Source: Camelus ferus
Lineage: Eukaryota
Assembly (NCBI RefSeq): GCF_009834535.1
Contig: NC_045696.1
Coordinates: 83,020,001 to 83,084,000, forward strand
DNA length: 64,000 nucleotides
Direction of reading: 5' to 3'
The notes beneath the pieces are model-generated. The model did not search any database and was not told the origin of the DNA. It saw only the letters and a list, made by a program, of their open reading frames with translations. Position 1 is the first letter of the stretch. Every line of letters begins with the position of its first letter. This document shows positions 1 to 12,827 of this stretch, piece by piece. Made by a program: the position numbers and the translations under genes.

Positions 1-1140
1 TCATTATTTTGCATTTGTTTTTGAAAATATTTTACAAGGTATAGAATTCTCAGTTGGCAGTTATTTTTTTTTTAGCACTTTAAAAATGTCATTCCTTTGA
101 TTTCTGAACTTCATCATTAGCTATCAGTCTGCTTGTTGCTAATTTGTAGGAAACATGTCTATTTTCTTTGGACTATTTTAAGATAGTCTCTTTATTTTGG
201 TTTGGAGTTTCACTGTGAACAGCCTAAGTGGTGTTTTCTCTATACTTATTCCATTTGGAGCTCACAGTACTTTTGAGTAAAGCTTAACAACATTTTTGTT
301 CAGATTTAGAAAATTCTTTCTTTTCTTTCTTTCTAGGACTCCAATTACAGCTATGGTAATCTGCTCTCCCCTACCCTTCCCCACCCCACCCCATCATCTT
401 ATGTTATTTTCAGGTTTTTGTTTTTTGTTTTTTATTCATCCTTTATTTCTCTCCATGGTTCAGTCTGGATATAATTTTTACCCTCAATCTGTCTTCCAGT
501 TCAGTAATCCCCTCCTTAGCTATATCTAGGTTGATACTAACCTCATCTATTGTGTTTCTAATTTTAATTATTATATTTTTAATTTTTGTAATTTATATTT
601 TATTATTTTTGATTTTTAATTCTATGCTGAAATACTCTTATTATTTAATTTCTTAAATATATTAATTATGATTATTTTATAGGTCTGTGTCTGATTACTA
701 TATCTGGATTTCTCTGGAGTTTTTTCTTTTTATTTATTTTTTGGGGTTATTTTTTGTTCATTTGTTTTGGGGTCATATAATCTTGTAGGCAGTTAAGGTG
801 GGGATAGATAATCTTAAACTATCAAGTAAACTTTAGCTTTTGTTAAGTTCAGTCTAATTCCTATTTATCCCTGCATATACAGTGTTACCCTTTGGGATGT
901 CCCAGCTGAAAGCCTGGAGTCTTTTGGAGGACTCCTTACTGGTGAGGCCTAAACTTTGATCTTTGCCACTCAGCTCTTCTAGATCTGTTCACCCTCTCAG
1001 CCTCTTAGCTTTTGCTTGTGAGTCAGTACACAGTAGGAAAAAAATGCTCCAGGACTTTGGGTTCAGCTTTCTAGGTCTCTGTACTTCTTTTGCTTTGAAA
1101 ATTTTGACTTCTGTTAACCTCACTGCCTTAATAGCTCCCA
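1..1140 (-). mobile_element. Old L1M 5'/ORF1-region fragment
   Basis: Typical antisense L1M ORF1 text (ggtatagaattct...ttggcagttattttttt...cactttaaaaatgtcattcc); boundaries approximate. Confidence 0.6.
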
Positions 1141-4100
1141 ATTCCTAAGCACAAAAATTATCTATCTATCTATTTATCTATACAGGGAGAAAGAGAGAGA
1201 GAGAGAGATGTAGTTATGTGTATATGAGTGTCTGTGTTGTCCATTTTTGCTTATTTTTGGTGGAAGGGTTCATCTCCAATAAGCTAGTTCACCATTACCA
1301 GAAGATGAAAATGCCTGCTGTTAACTCTTAAACATTAATTGTTTGTTCACTTAAAAAAAGTCCTCTAAAAATAGTTTGCAAGAAATCCTAATGTGTAATC
1401 CTAAACTTGAAATTGTGTTCATAGAATTGTTGCCAAAAACAGAACAAAAAAAAAAAATAAAGTGAAGGGGCAAGGGAGAAGACCGAGAGTTTTGCCAGAG
1501 AAATGGGAGGCAGAAGAAGAGAAAGAGGAAGAAAAAGAGGAGATACCAAGGCAGAGCTGAGACAGCAGATCATTACAAATCTCCAGACAGGTTTCATCTG
1601 TTTTTCTGACTTTTTGCATAATGTGTCTTGCTTACATCTGTTACTTCTTGTTGCCCCAACCAACCCATCTGGGAAGTTCATGGCCAACTTAGGCACTGGA
1701 TGCAACCCACTGTCCTTTATTCAGACTCTCTGTTGGACTGTAGATCTGAGGCATATATATACTGCCAGCAACTCTTGTATGTACTCCAGCTGGGAATGGG
1801 ACTGACTGAGCTCTCCTTTTTTCCCTCCTCCACCTCTGACCCTCCTTCAGGCCTTTCTTGGTGTTCCTGGCCATCTGCCTGACATCCAGCATTGCTTGCC
1901 TTCTGACAAGACAGAGTGGCTCACCTACCTTCGGAACAACATCAGAGGTGCCAACACAGAGTAGACCAGATGCACCATCCAAAATACCCCTCCATCATTA
2001 TTCCAAGCCCAGGACTAAGCCAGGAGTTGTTCCAAAAATACATCACTATATTTTGGCCTGAATGTCACTTCCCCACTTGGCAAGCTTGGGCTCAAGAAAT
2101 TGGAACAGATTTCTTGTTAGTCTCTCTTATATTTTCTCCTTTGGGATATACATCTTTTACTTGTTTTGTCTCTAATATGACACAGTTGCCTCAGCTTTTA
2201 CAATTATTTATAACAAATGAGAAAGTAGGGAAAGCTTTACATTTTGTCTCCCATCTTCTCTGAAAGAGTTTCAGCCAAATTGCTCTCTTCAAATATTTTT
2301 GAGTAAATAAACAAATATTTTTGAGTAAATAAATTATCAACCAAGTGAATATCTATTGTATATTTGTACTTTTATACTGTGGTTTACAGACCTCCCCCAA
2401 CTACCTGTTTTCTCTTTTTCTTGGTTGAATGCAATTGTCCCATCTTCTGCGGTCCTCTGAAATCCTGAAGCTTCCACTTACTCTCCTAGTTCTCTTGATG
2501 TCATAGTGAATTTAATAAATACAAGTTGCTTTTTTTTTACTACTCATTGTGATGTATCAGAAACCTCCTTTTGAAGTACCCAAACCATTTTATGTAAAGA
2601 TACTTTGCCTCCAGAAATGGCTGGGAAGTTCCGTAGCAGCAGGAAAATGTCATCTCCTTATAATGCCTATGTTGGCCCCACATTTACAAACAATTGTTAC
2701 CTATTTAGTATTTTCTCCCTGAATCCTCAAAGACCAGAGTAGAGTAGTGTTGTGGCTTTATTTCAATTTTTAAAATGATGAAACTGAAATACGGAGAGAA
2801 TAAGTGATTTCTTCAAGGTCATAGCCTTGCTAAATGAAGAAGCCAGGATCGAACCATTCTTATTCCAAGACTGTGACTCTTCTGCTGTAGCATACTGTTT
2901 TTTCATTTTTAAAATTCCTTTCAGCCTCCAACACAAGTTATAAGGGCTCAACAAAGAATTAATGGATAAGTGACTAGATGTATACTTTTTTTCAACTCAC
3001 TATTTATATATCTATTTAGAAATAGATCTAGTTAATATTTGCTTCAAGTAAAAGTAGAATTTCACTAAGGAAATGAAATACATGTATAACATATGAGCAT
3101 TAATCTATGTAAGCGGTAACTAGCAACAACTTAAAATCCCAGTGCAAAAGATGAATTCCATGGTGTGATGTCAGTGTTTCTAAGTTTTGAATCGAGCTGT
3201 TCCCAGACTTGGGTAAATGGACTCTAACAAACAGGCAACTTTCTGATCTTGTGCCTTAACTTAGTCTTATCTTATGCCTTACACTAGTAGTCCCTGCCTT
3301 GTGCAAGGGCACACGTGTAGACATCCAGAGCACATATGGATAAACAGTCAAACTGATAGCATCTTTCCTGGCCCAACTCTCTTGGAGATGCTATGAGGCA
3401 TTTTGAATAAGTTCATATTGCATGGGAAAAAAAAAGTTGTTTTTGCAGGCTGAGACCAGATCTTCCAGGAACTGACTTCTCCAGTTCCTGGAAGGTTTTG
3501 AAAATGTTAGACTATCTGTACATTGTCTTTCTGACATGTCAGTAGAGATTGCAAAGTATTATCACCACCACTAATTTACTTTTCTGACAAAAAAAAAAAT
3601 TGTACTTAAAAAAAATGAGAAGAGAGAGAGAAATCTTAATGATAGGTTCTTGAACGTTATCAGCATTACTATATATTAGCTTTTGTGTTAGAACAGCCTG
3701 TTTGGTGCCAGGAACCGTTCAAAAGCTTTATAATACAAAACGGTGAGGTTTTAACACAATGTAGTCTAGACAGAAATTGTGTTACAGTTGGATCCTTATT
3801 GTGAAGCTAAAAAACAAAATAAAATAAAGGATGCAAAATTACTCTTAATTACTTCTTGGTGCCAAATCCTGCCCGCCTACACTGAACTACTTTTAACCGT
3901 TATTTCTTCTAACCCAGCAGATTATTTTTCAAGTAACTGCCCTGGCCAAAGGCAGTGCTTTAAATACTAGAGTTGAGGCTACAATTTTTCTTGTGCCCAA
4001 ATTCAGATTGGCCGTCCACTCTTCAGCTCAGCTCTGCATCGCCAGCTCTGCAATATACCTGTGTTGGGGAATTTAGGGCCACAGCCCTGCCAAGACCAGA

Positions 4101-5689
4101 GCCAATTGTTTCCTTAGTTGGCAGGCAGGAGGGCTGCTGCAAGTCAGGACAGTGTCCTAGCAACCAAGTGACTCACCTCTTAAATTATCTCATTATTCTC
4201 TTACCCTAAATTGGGAGAAAGCTCATAATTTCCTTCCAATATATTTTCCTGCCACAATTTGGTTTCTCTTTTAATTATATGCAGGGAAAGAGGTTTTCAT
4301 TGTGGTCAAGGCTTTCTTTTCTTACCATTTGGAGTCTTTTAAATTAGAATACATTCTCCATGAATATATACATATACACACACACACACATACACATACA
4401 AATTAAAACTTCATCTGTTGCTTCCTTTAATCTCTCTATTTTAAAAATATACATTTTTTTCTGTTAGTTTAGGACTAGTTCCAACTTCCAATCCCCAATT
4501 TAGATTACATGCTCTGAAACTAACTCCAAACATTTACTGAGTTTGAAGGTCACAGTGCTATTGATTGATTTCTAGTTATAATGTATGTTGTCCTAACATG
4601 AGTTGTGCTTTTTTCCTATAACTTTGGGCTGAATCCAACAATGCAAGGATCAAAGCATCTGGACTTGTTGCTTTCATGTTTGGCATATAAAGGGGCTGGC
4701 AGTCACCAATGTGGTCTTGGCTGGGCCCTACTTGTTTTCATTCTCTGATGTGAAACAGTTGGGAATCACAGACCCTCCAACGGCTAGAGTGGACTCAATA
4801 AAAATTGGCTTAATAATCTGCCAAGCTTTTGGAAGTGCCAGTCTCCACAGTTTTTCAGCAGTTATTGGCCATGACATGTTTCTTTCTTCCTTTTTTTTTT
4901 TTTAGGGAAAGAATTTGTTGTGAAATTAGTTTTGAGATCAACATTTGCAATAGGTAAACTATTCATCTTTGTAAACTGACTTTATCATCTTTGGTCTTAT
5001 TTAATTCATTATTTCACATATTTCGTTTTTTTTACACGATCGTTCCTTTTATCCATTTGTTTCTCTGTTTCTAATGAAAATCAAATGTAAAATTATAGCA
5101 AATGATGAGGCCAGGTTAAATATTTGACAATTCTATCTAAAGTTCATTATCTAGTCATCTGAAAGTTTCCAGTTACTTAGATGTAAAGCCTTTCACATGA
5201 AATAATTGAAATTTGATTCCAGTAAAAAATATTAAACATATTTATAAAACTCTATCGTATATGTGAACATCTATTTTGATTAACATGAGGAATTTTCCAA
5301 ATAGATTTTTTTTTTTTACATTAAACTCCAGGGAAATACTGTTCTTATATTGAACTTTATTCCCATGAATACTATTTTAAAAGGTGGAATTGTTAGCTAA
5401 GACTTGTAAATATTTTCATTATTTAGGAATTTCATTGGCTTTCATTATGGTTTTTTAATTTATCACCATTTTTACCTTTCTCTACTGTCTTGTTTTTCAC
5501 CAAAAAATAGTTGTAGTTAACATACATTTTCTATGGATTGTTAAGCTCTTCCAAGAGAAGGCTATACCAGGGTAAATATAATAGCATTGGGGGTGGGGGA
5601 TAGGGAGCAAAGTTGGGAGAATGTATTAGTATATTTTTAGTTAAAATATAGCCCTAATTTGAATTTGAACTTCTGCTCTAGCCATTGCA

Positions 5690-7230
5690 ACTGGATAAAA
5701 AGGAAGCAATAATAAACTTAAAATTTGGAAAGAAAGAAAATTACCACTATTTGCTAACAATACATTTATTCAGAAAGTTCAATAAAATGAATTAAAAAGC
5801 TTCACAAGCAAGAAATGCATTTGGTTAAGTTTGTTGGGGAAATGTTAAAAATCTGAAGTCATGTATAAAAACAATGGCATGCTAAGAGATCAAATGGATA
5901 CCTCTTTTCAATAAGAATAGCAACCAAAAGTGAAAAAATAGAATAGATTAACAGAAAATGCATAAGACCTGTAAGGAGAAAATGCTGAGAAGAAGGTGCT
6001 GAGGAAATAAGATTAAAATAAATGAAAATGTACAAAATATTTTTGGATAAGAAGACACAACACCTCAAAGATTTTTCCTTATATATTTTATATATTTAGT
6101 GTTAAAAGAGATATTTTTCAGAAGCAAACATGCTGATCTTAAGTTCATATGGAAAAATTAAGCAAGAAGAGCAAGAACAATTCTGAAAAATGAAAATAAT
6201 GAGGGCCCCAACCCAATATGGAAGCTTAGTATAATGCTACAATAATATTAAAACAGTGCAATTCTGGCACATGACTAGACAGGCTGATTAATGGAATAGA
6301 TCAAAATGGCCATGAATAGACTCAGAAATGGATAAGCATCTAGTGTATGATAAAAGTGGTATTACAACTTAGTAAAGAAGAAAGATTTTATTTAATAGCT
6401 ATGTTCGAACAACTGAGTTAACATACGGAAGAAAACAACTTGAAACCCTACCTTGTTTGCTACACCAAAATGAATTCTAAAATGGACCAAACATTCATAT
6501 CCATAGGATAATTTTTATAATCTGAGCAGAGAAGGCCTTTTCAAGTACATAAATTGAATTCAATTGCATAAATAAATTCAATTAAATGTAAAAGAATCTG
6601 CATGGATTAAAAAAACATAAAACATTAAATATGAATTAAAAGCTAGGACTCTATAAATTATATAAGAATAAAGGGGTATTTTCCTAATATCTGAAAATTT
6701 GTTGTGAATAATTAGGTAAAAATGAGCACAATGAAATTTGAACAATGTCAAAATCTGTGGAGAAATGAAAATAAATGGCTGTAAAGCAAATTAAAAATTT
6801 TCTCCCTTGCTTATAATGACAGAGATTTAAATTAAAACTATATATGGGTATATCTTTTACTTTTCAGTTTGGAAAACAAAATCTAAAAATTTTATGTGCT
6901 ACATTAATAAGAATATGGAGACACCTGCTTTTTCATGAACTGATGTCAATAAACTGGAAGAATTTCTATGAGAAGCAATTTGGTAACATCCTAAACTTTC
7001 TAAATGTGTGCACCCTTTGACCAAGCAATTTTGCTTCTAGGAATTTATTGCACAGTTATGCGTGCTTATGCACAGATGACAAGAACCTCGATATTTATTG
7101 CAGAATTGTCTTTAATGAGAGCATTAAAACAACCTAATCAATATTTAATGGGAAATGAGAAACAAATTGTCCTATATCCACAAAATAGAATATTATGCTG
7201 TGGTTAAAAAGATGAAGCATAAATTAAGAA
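5690..7230 (+). mobile_element. Old L1M ORF2 3' half and 3'UTR, decayed
   Basis: Remnants such as aagttcatatggaaaa, aatggaatagatc and ccctttgaccaagcaattttgcttctaggaattt. Confidence 0.75.
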
Positions 7231-7249
7231 TTTTATTTTTCTAACATAA

Positions 7250-7610
7250 AAGCTGTGTGGTGATACAGTGACACAATTATACCAGCAGAGATCCAGGCTT
7301 CTTTCTTTCTCTCACTAATTCTCACCATGTGCCTTACCACCCACTTAGTAAGAGATGGTTGCTCCGTGTCCAGCATCTTACTCATATTTTAGCCTGAGAG
7401 AAGTGAAACTGTACATTTTGCAGCCTTTTAAAGAATATTCCCCAAAGCCCCAACTATCAATTTCTGTTTTCTACTCATTGGCCAGAACTGTACTGAATAA
7501 TTACTAATGGCAAGGTAACTTGGAAATACTACATTTTATCTGGGAACAATTTTTTTTCCCCAGAACAGAATGAAATTCTATTATAAAGAAGGAAATCTTG
7601 TCAGGGGTTA
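7250..7610. mobile_element. Ancient ERVL-type LTR fragment (LTR33-like)
   Basis: Motifs aagagatggttgct...ccagcatc and ctcattggccagaactg; family assignment is from memory. Confidence 0.45.
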
Positions 7611-9018
7611 GGCAAGGAAGAACAGGGTGTGTGTGTGTGTGTGTGTGCATGCGTGTGTATGCGCTCATGCACATGCCAGTGCTTATAGATCCAGTGGGCA
7701 TCTAGGAGGAGGAATAAGAAACAGGTGGTTTTTAGTTTCCTCTAAGGTGGGGAGAACAGGATTACAGGTAAGAGTAAAGATATCCTTTTTACTGTATAGG
7801 CTTTTCTAACTTGAATTTTATACCTCATTCATGTATTGTTTATTATAAAAATATTTTAATTAAAAATTATACCTTCTTTTAAAATGCTTTTTAATGAAAT
7901 TCTTCAAAACTTCTAATAATTTTCTTAATCAAGTGCTCTAATATTACAAGGGTAATTTCTACCATACAATTTGCATTGTTATTAAAGTCTGTTAACCCTT
8001 TCATAGAGAAGGATTTGGGTTAAACTTCAGTTTTGTCACTTGCGGGTAGTAGGGCTTAGAGCAAGTTACTTGTAATTTCCCTAGGCTTCTGTTTTCTTAC
8101 GTACAACATGGGGATAAGGTTATTGTTGGAGCATTATACCAGATAATGTATGTAATGCATTTAACATAGTACCAGACACAGTGTAGATGTTTCACAAATG
8201 GTACCTACCATTTCTATTATCATTAAAATAATTACTACTTCTGAGAACATTCAGATGAGACTCTATATCTTATCTCTAAATAGTAACATAAAGATCAGCC
8301 AGTTTAGAACTAATAGAGAAACAAGAGATCTGTAATAAGGAACAATAGCTTATTTTAGGTCTTAACCACAGTCTAAGAGCGTCATAGTTTCTACAAGCTT
8401 CGTATCATGTGATATGAGCAGTTACGCTCCTAGACTCAATTCTGTAAAACATCTATATATTCTCGAGGTTAAATACTGTTAATGCTAGACTCTAGACACT
8501 GCAAGTGGACAATCAGTCTCGAACACACTTATGCCAGATTAAAAGGGAATTGAAACTTCCGACTAAACTCTGTATTTGTAACACTCTAATAGTCATTGGT
8601 AATTGGTTGCAAAAACTGACTTTCCAAAAAGTCAGAATGAGTCAAAATATAGAAAGATTATAGTTAATATAAGTGAGAGACATTTGAAAAGTGAACCTAA
8701 GGTAGGAAAACATACTTGCACTTTGACATTCATAGTGGGTCCAAATTCTAAGTAGCACTATTGGTATATGTCCCACAACTCAAATGCAATACATTACAAT
8801 TTAAAAAAAAAAATAAAAAAGCCCTAAGTGTCTCCTTTGGATTGTTAATGGTTTTATAGAAAAAAGACTAAAGTCATTTGGTGAGCAGGTTTTTGTGTGT
8901 GTGTGATCTATTTCTCACAAAGAAACAAAGATTTTCTATGGCCTGAAAAGACAACTTTGCCAGTAGGGGTGAGAGAAGAAAATCAGCTGGACAAGTAGGT
9001 AATGACTAGTCTGTGAAG

Positions 9019-9118
9019 NNNNNNNNNNNNNNNNNNNNNNNNNNNNNNNNNNNNNNNNNNNNNNNNNNNNNNNNNNNNNNNNNNNNNNNNNNNNNNNNNN
9101 NNNNNNNNNNNNNNNNNN
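9019..9118. other. Assembly gap (100 N)
   Basis: Run of exactly 100 N, probably a placeholder of unknown size. Confidence 0.99.
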
Positions 9119-9507
9119 AACATATTATTACCAATTAGCCACAATCTAGCTACAGCCCTTTTAAATTTATTGAGACTAATGGTTCTGTGTCCACAATGAA
9201 ATTAAATTGGAAATAACTAACAGAAAAATACATGGACAAACTCCAAATCTTTGTAGAATAAACAACCACTTCTACACATACAGTGAGTCAAAAATAAACC
9301 ATAATTAAAATTAGAAAATATTTTAACTAAGTAAAAATGAAAAAAAGATACATCAAAATTTGTGGGATGCAACTAAAGCTGCCATTAGAGGAAAAACTAC
9401 AGTTTAAAAGTTACTATAAAGAAAAAAAAAGCTTCAAATTAAATTATCTTAGCATCTATCTTGAAAATATAATAAAGAGGAGCAAATTAAATTCAAAGTA
9501 AATAGAA

Positions 9508-9667
9508 GGGGGGAGGGTATAGCTTAAGTGAGTAGAGTAGCTTAAGTACAGCTTAAATGAGTAGAGCACATGCTTAGCATACACAAGGTCCTGGGTTCAA
9601 TCCCCAGTACATCCTCTAAAATTAAGTAAATAAGTAAACCTAATTACCTCTCCCCCCAAAAAAATCA
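9508..9667 (+). mobile_element. tRNA-derived SINE (camelid Vic-1-like) inserted into an old L1
   Basis: GGGGAGGGTATAGCT...GCTTAGCAT...GGTCCTGGGTTCAATCCCCAGTAC head with a B-box and an A-rich tail. Flanking direct repeat CAAAGTAAATA at 9494-9504 and 9668-9678. Confidence 0.85.
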
Positions 9668-10540
9668 CAAAGTAAATAAGGAAATAACATAGATAATAGC
9701 AGAAATAAATAAAATAGAAAACAAATAATATAAAATAGTAATTAAGACAACATCTGGATTTTTTAAGTCTTGAGAAATATTTTAAAGAATTGATGAATCT
9801 TTAACTAGAAAGATCAAGGAAAAAGGAATGAATACTCAAATTACTAACGTAAGGACTAAAGCAGAGGAGATTGTTACAGATACTAAAAGGATAAGGGAAT
9901 ATTATGAACAACTTTGGAGTAATAAATTTGACAACTTCAATGAAATGGGCAAAGACTTTTAGGACACAGATTACCAAAACTGACAGAAAGAAAAAAAACT
10001 CACTAGTTCTAAATGAAAGAAATTGAATTTGTAATTAAGTCTCCCCACCCAAAAAATTCCAGACCCAGATAGCATTACTAGTTTATTTATGCCCAAAATA
10101 AGACTTTTTAAGAAAACTGCAGACCAATAACCCTCATAAACATCAACATAAAAGTGTTAAATAAAATTTTAGTGAATCTAATTTAGTAATTTAAAAATGG
10201 CTAATACCACTTTTATTACATTAGGGTTTATTCCAGTAATGCAACTTTGGTTTTCTGTTTGAAAAGCAAACAGTACAATTCAATGTATCAACAGAATAAA
10301 GAGAAAAATGTTATCTTCAAAGTAGATGCAAAAAAAGCATTCGACAAAAATGCCAAAGTCACTAATGCTTAAAAACACCTGAATTAGGAATAGATATGAA
10401 CTTTCTCAACCTGATAAAGAGCTTCTAAGAAAAATCTACAGCTATCACCACACTTCTTGCAGAAAGATTGAAATCTTTCACCTAAGATTGAGAACAATCA
10501 CTATTCAACATTGTACTAAAAGTTCCAGCCAGTTAAGTGA

Positions 10541-10637
10541 GGAAAAAAGAAAGAAAGAGAGAGACAAGAGAGACAGAGAGCAAGGAGAGAAAAAGAAAGG
10601 GAAAGAAAAGAAAAGAAAAGAAAAGAAAGGAAAAGAA

Positions 10638-10693
<56 letters not shown>

Positions 10694-10789
10694 AGAAGAA
10701 GAAGAAATAAATTAAGGAAGGAAGGAAGGAAGGAAGGAAGGAAGAAAGAAAGAAAGAAAAAAAAAGGAAGGAAGAAAGAAAGGAAGGAA

Positions 10790-10823
<34 letters not shown>

Positions 10824-10864
10824 AAAAAAAGGAAGGAAGGAAGAAAGAAAGAAAGGAAGGGAGA
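10541..10864. repeat. Compound polypurine microsatellite (GAAAA/GAAA/GAA/GGAA)n
   Basis: About 320 nt of almost only A and G on the + strand. Confidence 0.95.
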
Positions 10865-12827
10865 GTAACACCACAAAAAATTAAAAGAAAAATACAAAAC
10901 TTCTTTTTGACATATTCATAAATAAATTCATAAGGAAGCCACAAAATTTCTCATAGAGCTAGTAAGAGAAGTTATCAATGTTACAGGAATGTAAGATTAA
11001 TAAAAATTAATTATATTTCTACATACATGCTAAAAACAAATAGAAATTGAAGTTAGTGTTTACAAGAATATCAAAAATATAAAATATTTGGGGGTAAACT
11101 TAATAAAATATGGGTAAAATACAGTCTGTACTCTAAAAAAGTATAAAATATTTTTGAAAGCAAATAAAGACCTTAATAAATTGAGCAATTATACCATGTT
11201 CATAGGTTGGAAGGCTCAATATTGTTTAAATTGATGTATAGATTCAACACAATTTAAATTAAAATCCTAATAGGTTTAAAAAAAATAGAATTTGACAAAC
11301 TAATTCTAAAATTCAAATGGAAAGTCAGAGGACCTAGCATTTGCAAAAGAATACTGTAAAAGAACAGCAATGTTAGAGAACTTGAACTAACTGACTCAAA
11401 GGCTTACTTATTACGATGCTGTAGTAACCAAAACAGCATAGCACCAGAGTAAAAACAGACAATAAGTTCAATGGAACGAAAGAGAGATTCTAGAAATAGA
11501 TCCATGCATATATGGCTAATTGATTTTGAATAAAGGTGCCAAGTAATTCAATGGAGAAAGGCTAGTCTTTTCAACATACAATGCCAGAAAACTGGATAGC
11601 ATATGGAAAAAAAAAAAAAACCTCATTCTTTAACTAAAACACATGCAGAAATTACCTCAAAATGGACAGTAGGTTTAGACATAAAAGCAAGTATAAAAAT
11701 ATCTAGAGGAAAGCACAGAATTAAATCTTTGTAATCTCGGAGGTCAAGAATTCTTACGATACAAAAAATAGAAACAATAAAAGTTGATCAATTTGACATC
11801 TTCAAAATTAAAAATTTCTGCTCTTCTAAAGTCACCATTAAGAAAATGAATAAGTAAGCCATGTGCTGGCAGAAAATCTTCACCATACATATATCTGAGA
11901 AGGACTTATATTTCACTCTGTAATAATAAGAAAATAAATCCAATTAAAATAAGTAAAGGAGTTGAACAGACATTTTATCAAAGAAAAGTTCATGAAAAAA
12001 CACTCATGCTTATTTGTTCTCATCTAAATGCACATTTAAGCCACAGTGTGGCATTAATGAGGGTGTGGATATGGAGAACCTGGGCCTCATATGTTGCTGA
12101 TGGGAGTGTAAAATTGTACAATTCTTTGGAAAACATTTGTGCAGTTTCTTATAAAGTTAAATATACACTTAACATATGACTCAGAACATCCATACCTAGT
12201 AATTTACCTAGAGAAACAAAAATATGTCTAAACAAAGACCTGTGATAACAACTTTATTCTATAACTGGAAACAAAGTGTCAAGCAGGTGGTTGTGGTACG
12301 CCCAAATTAATCAAATTTAAAAAATCACTTTATATTAAAGTAATGAAGGGAATGGCAAAGCACTTTCTGGAGGACGTCCTGCCTTCTTTGATGCTGTGCT
12401 CTTTGCATCGGCTGTGAGAGGATGAGATGATCTTCTTCCTCCAGAACAGAGGCAGGGGTGTGCTTGATGAAGCAGACCTGTAAACAATTGCTTGTGGACC
12501 TGGAATCCAATCCAGGAAGGAGAAAGAAGGACTTATTTGAATGGATGAAATTAAAAGTGAACAGGTTTGATTAAAATAACAACAGACAGTTATTTTGACA
12601 AGTTTCACAGTGACAGAAAGTATTGTCTTTACCCAGCTTGGGATCTGTCTTCCTTCTCACATAAGACTATTGACATGAGAAGGAGAGATGGTAGATAACA
12701 CCAACGTGAGAACTAATATTTAGAACATGTCAGACGGTCTTCTGTCTACTCTTCCATTATAATTTTATGTGCTTGCATTGCATTCTTACGAGTAGGGAGC
12801 AGAATACAGAACAAAAATTTCCACTTA

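Larger units (their letters stand above)
9119..12300 (+). mobile_element. Old L1M ORF2/3' region, interrupted by a SINE and a GA-rich microsatellite
   Basis: Decayed ORF2 motifs (ttgtgggatgcaactaaagc, gatgcaaaaaaagcattcgacaaaa, gatgggagtgtaaaattgtaca). Confidence 0.85.

Noticed and set aside
2290..2333. 22-bp tandem duplication (also 19 bp x2 at ~44041-44080 and 11 bp x2 at ~49332-49358)
   Set aside because: Two-copy local slippage duplications with no spacers; not CRISPR-like and no sign of function.
10488..10944. K/E/R-rich and F/L/S-rich ORFs
   Set aside because: Translations of the polypurine microsatellite.
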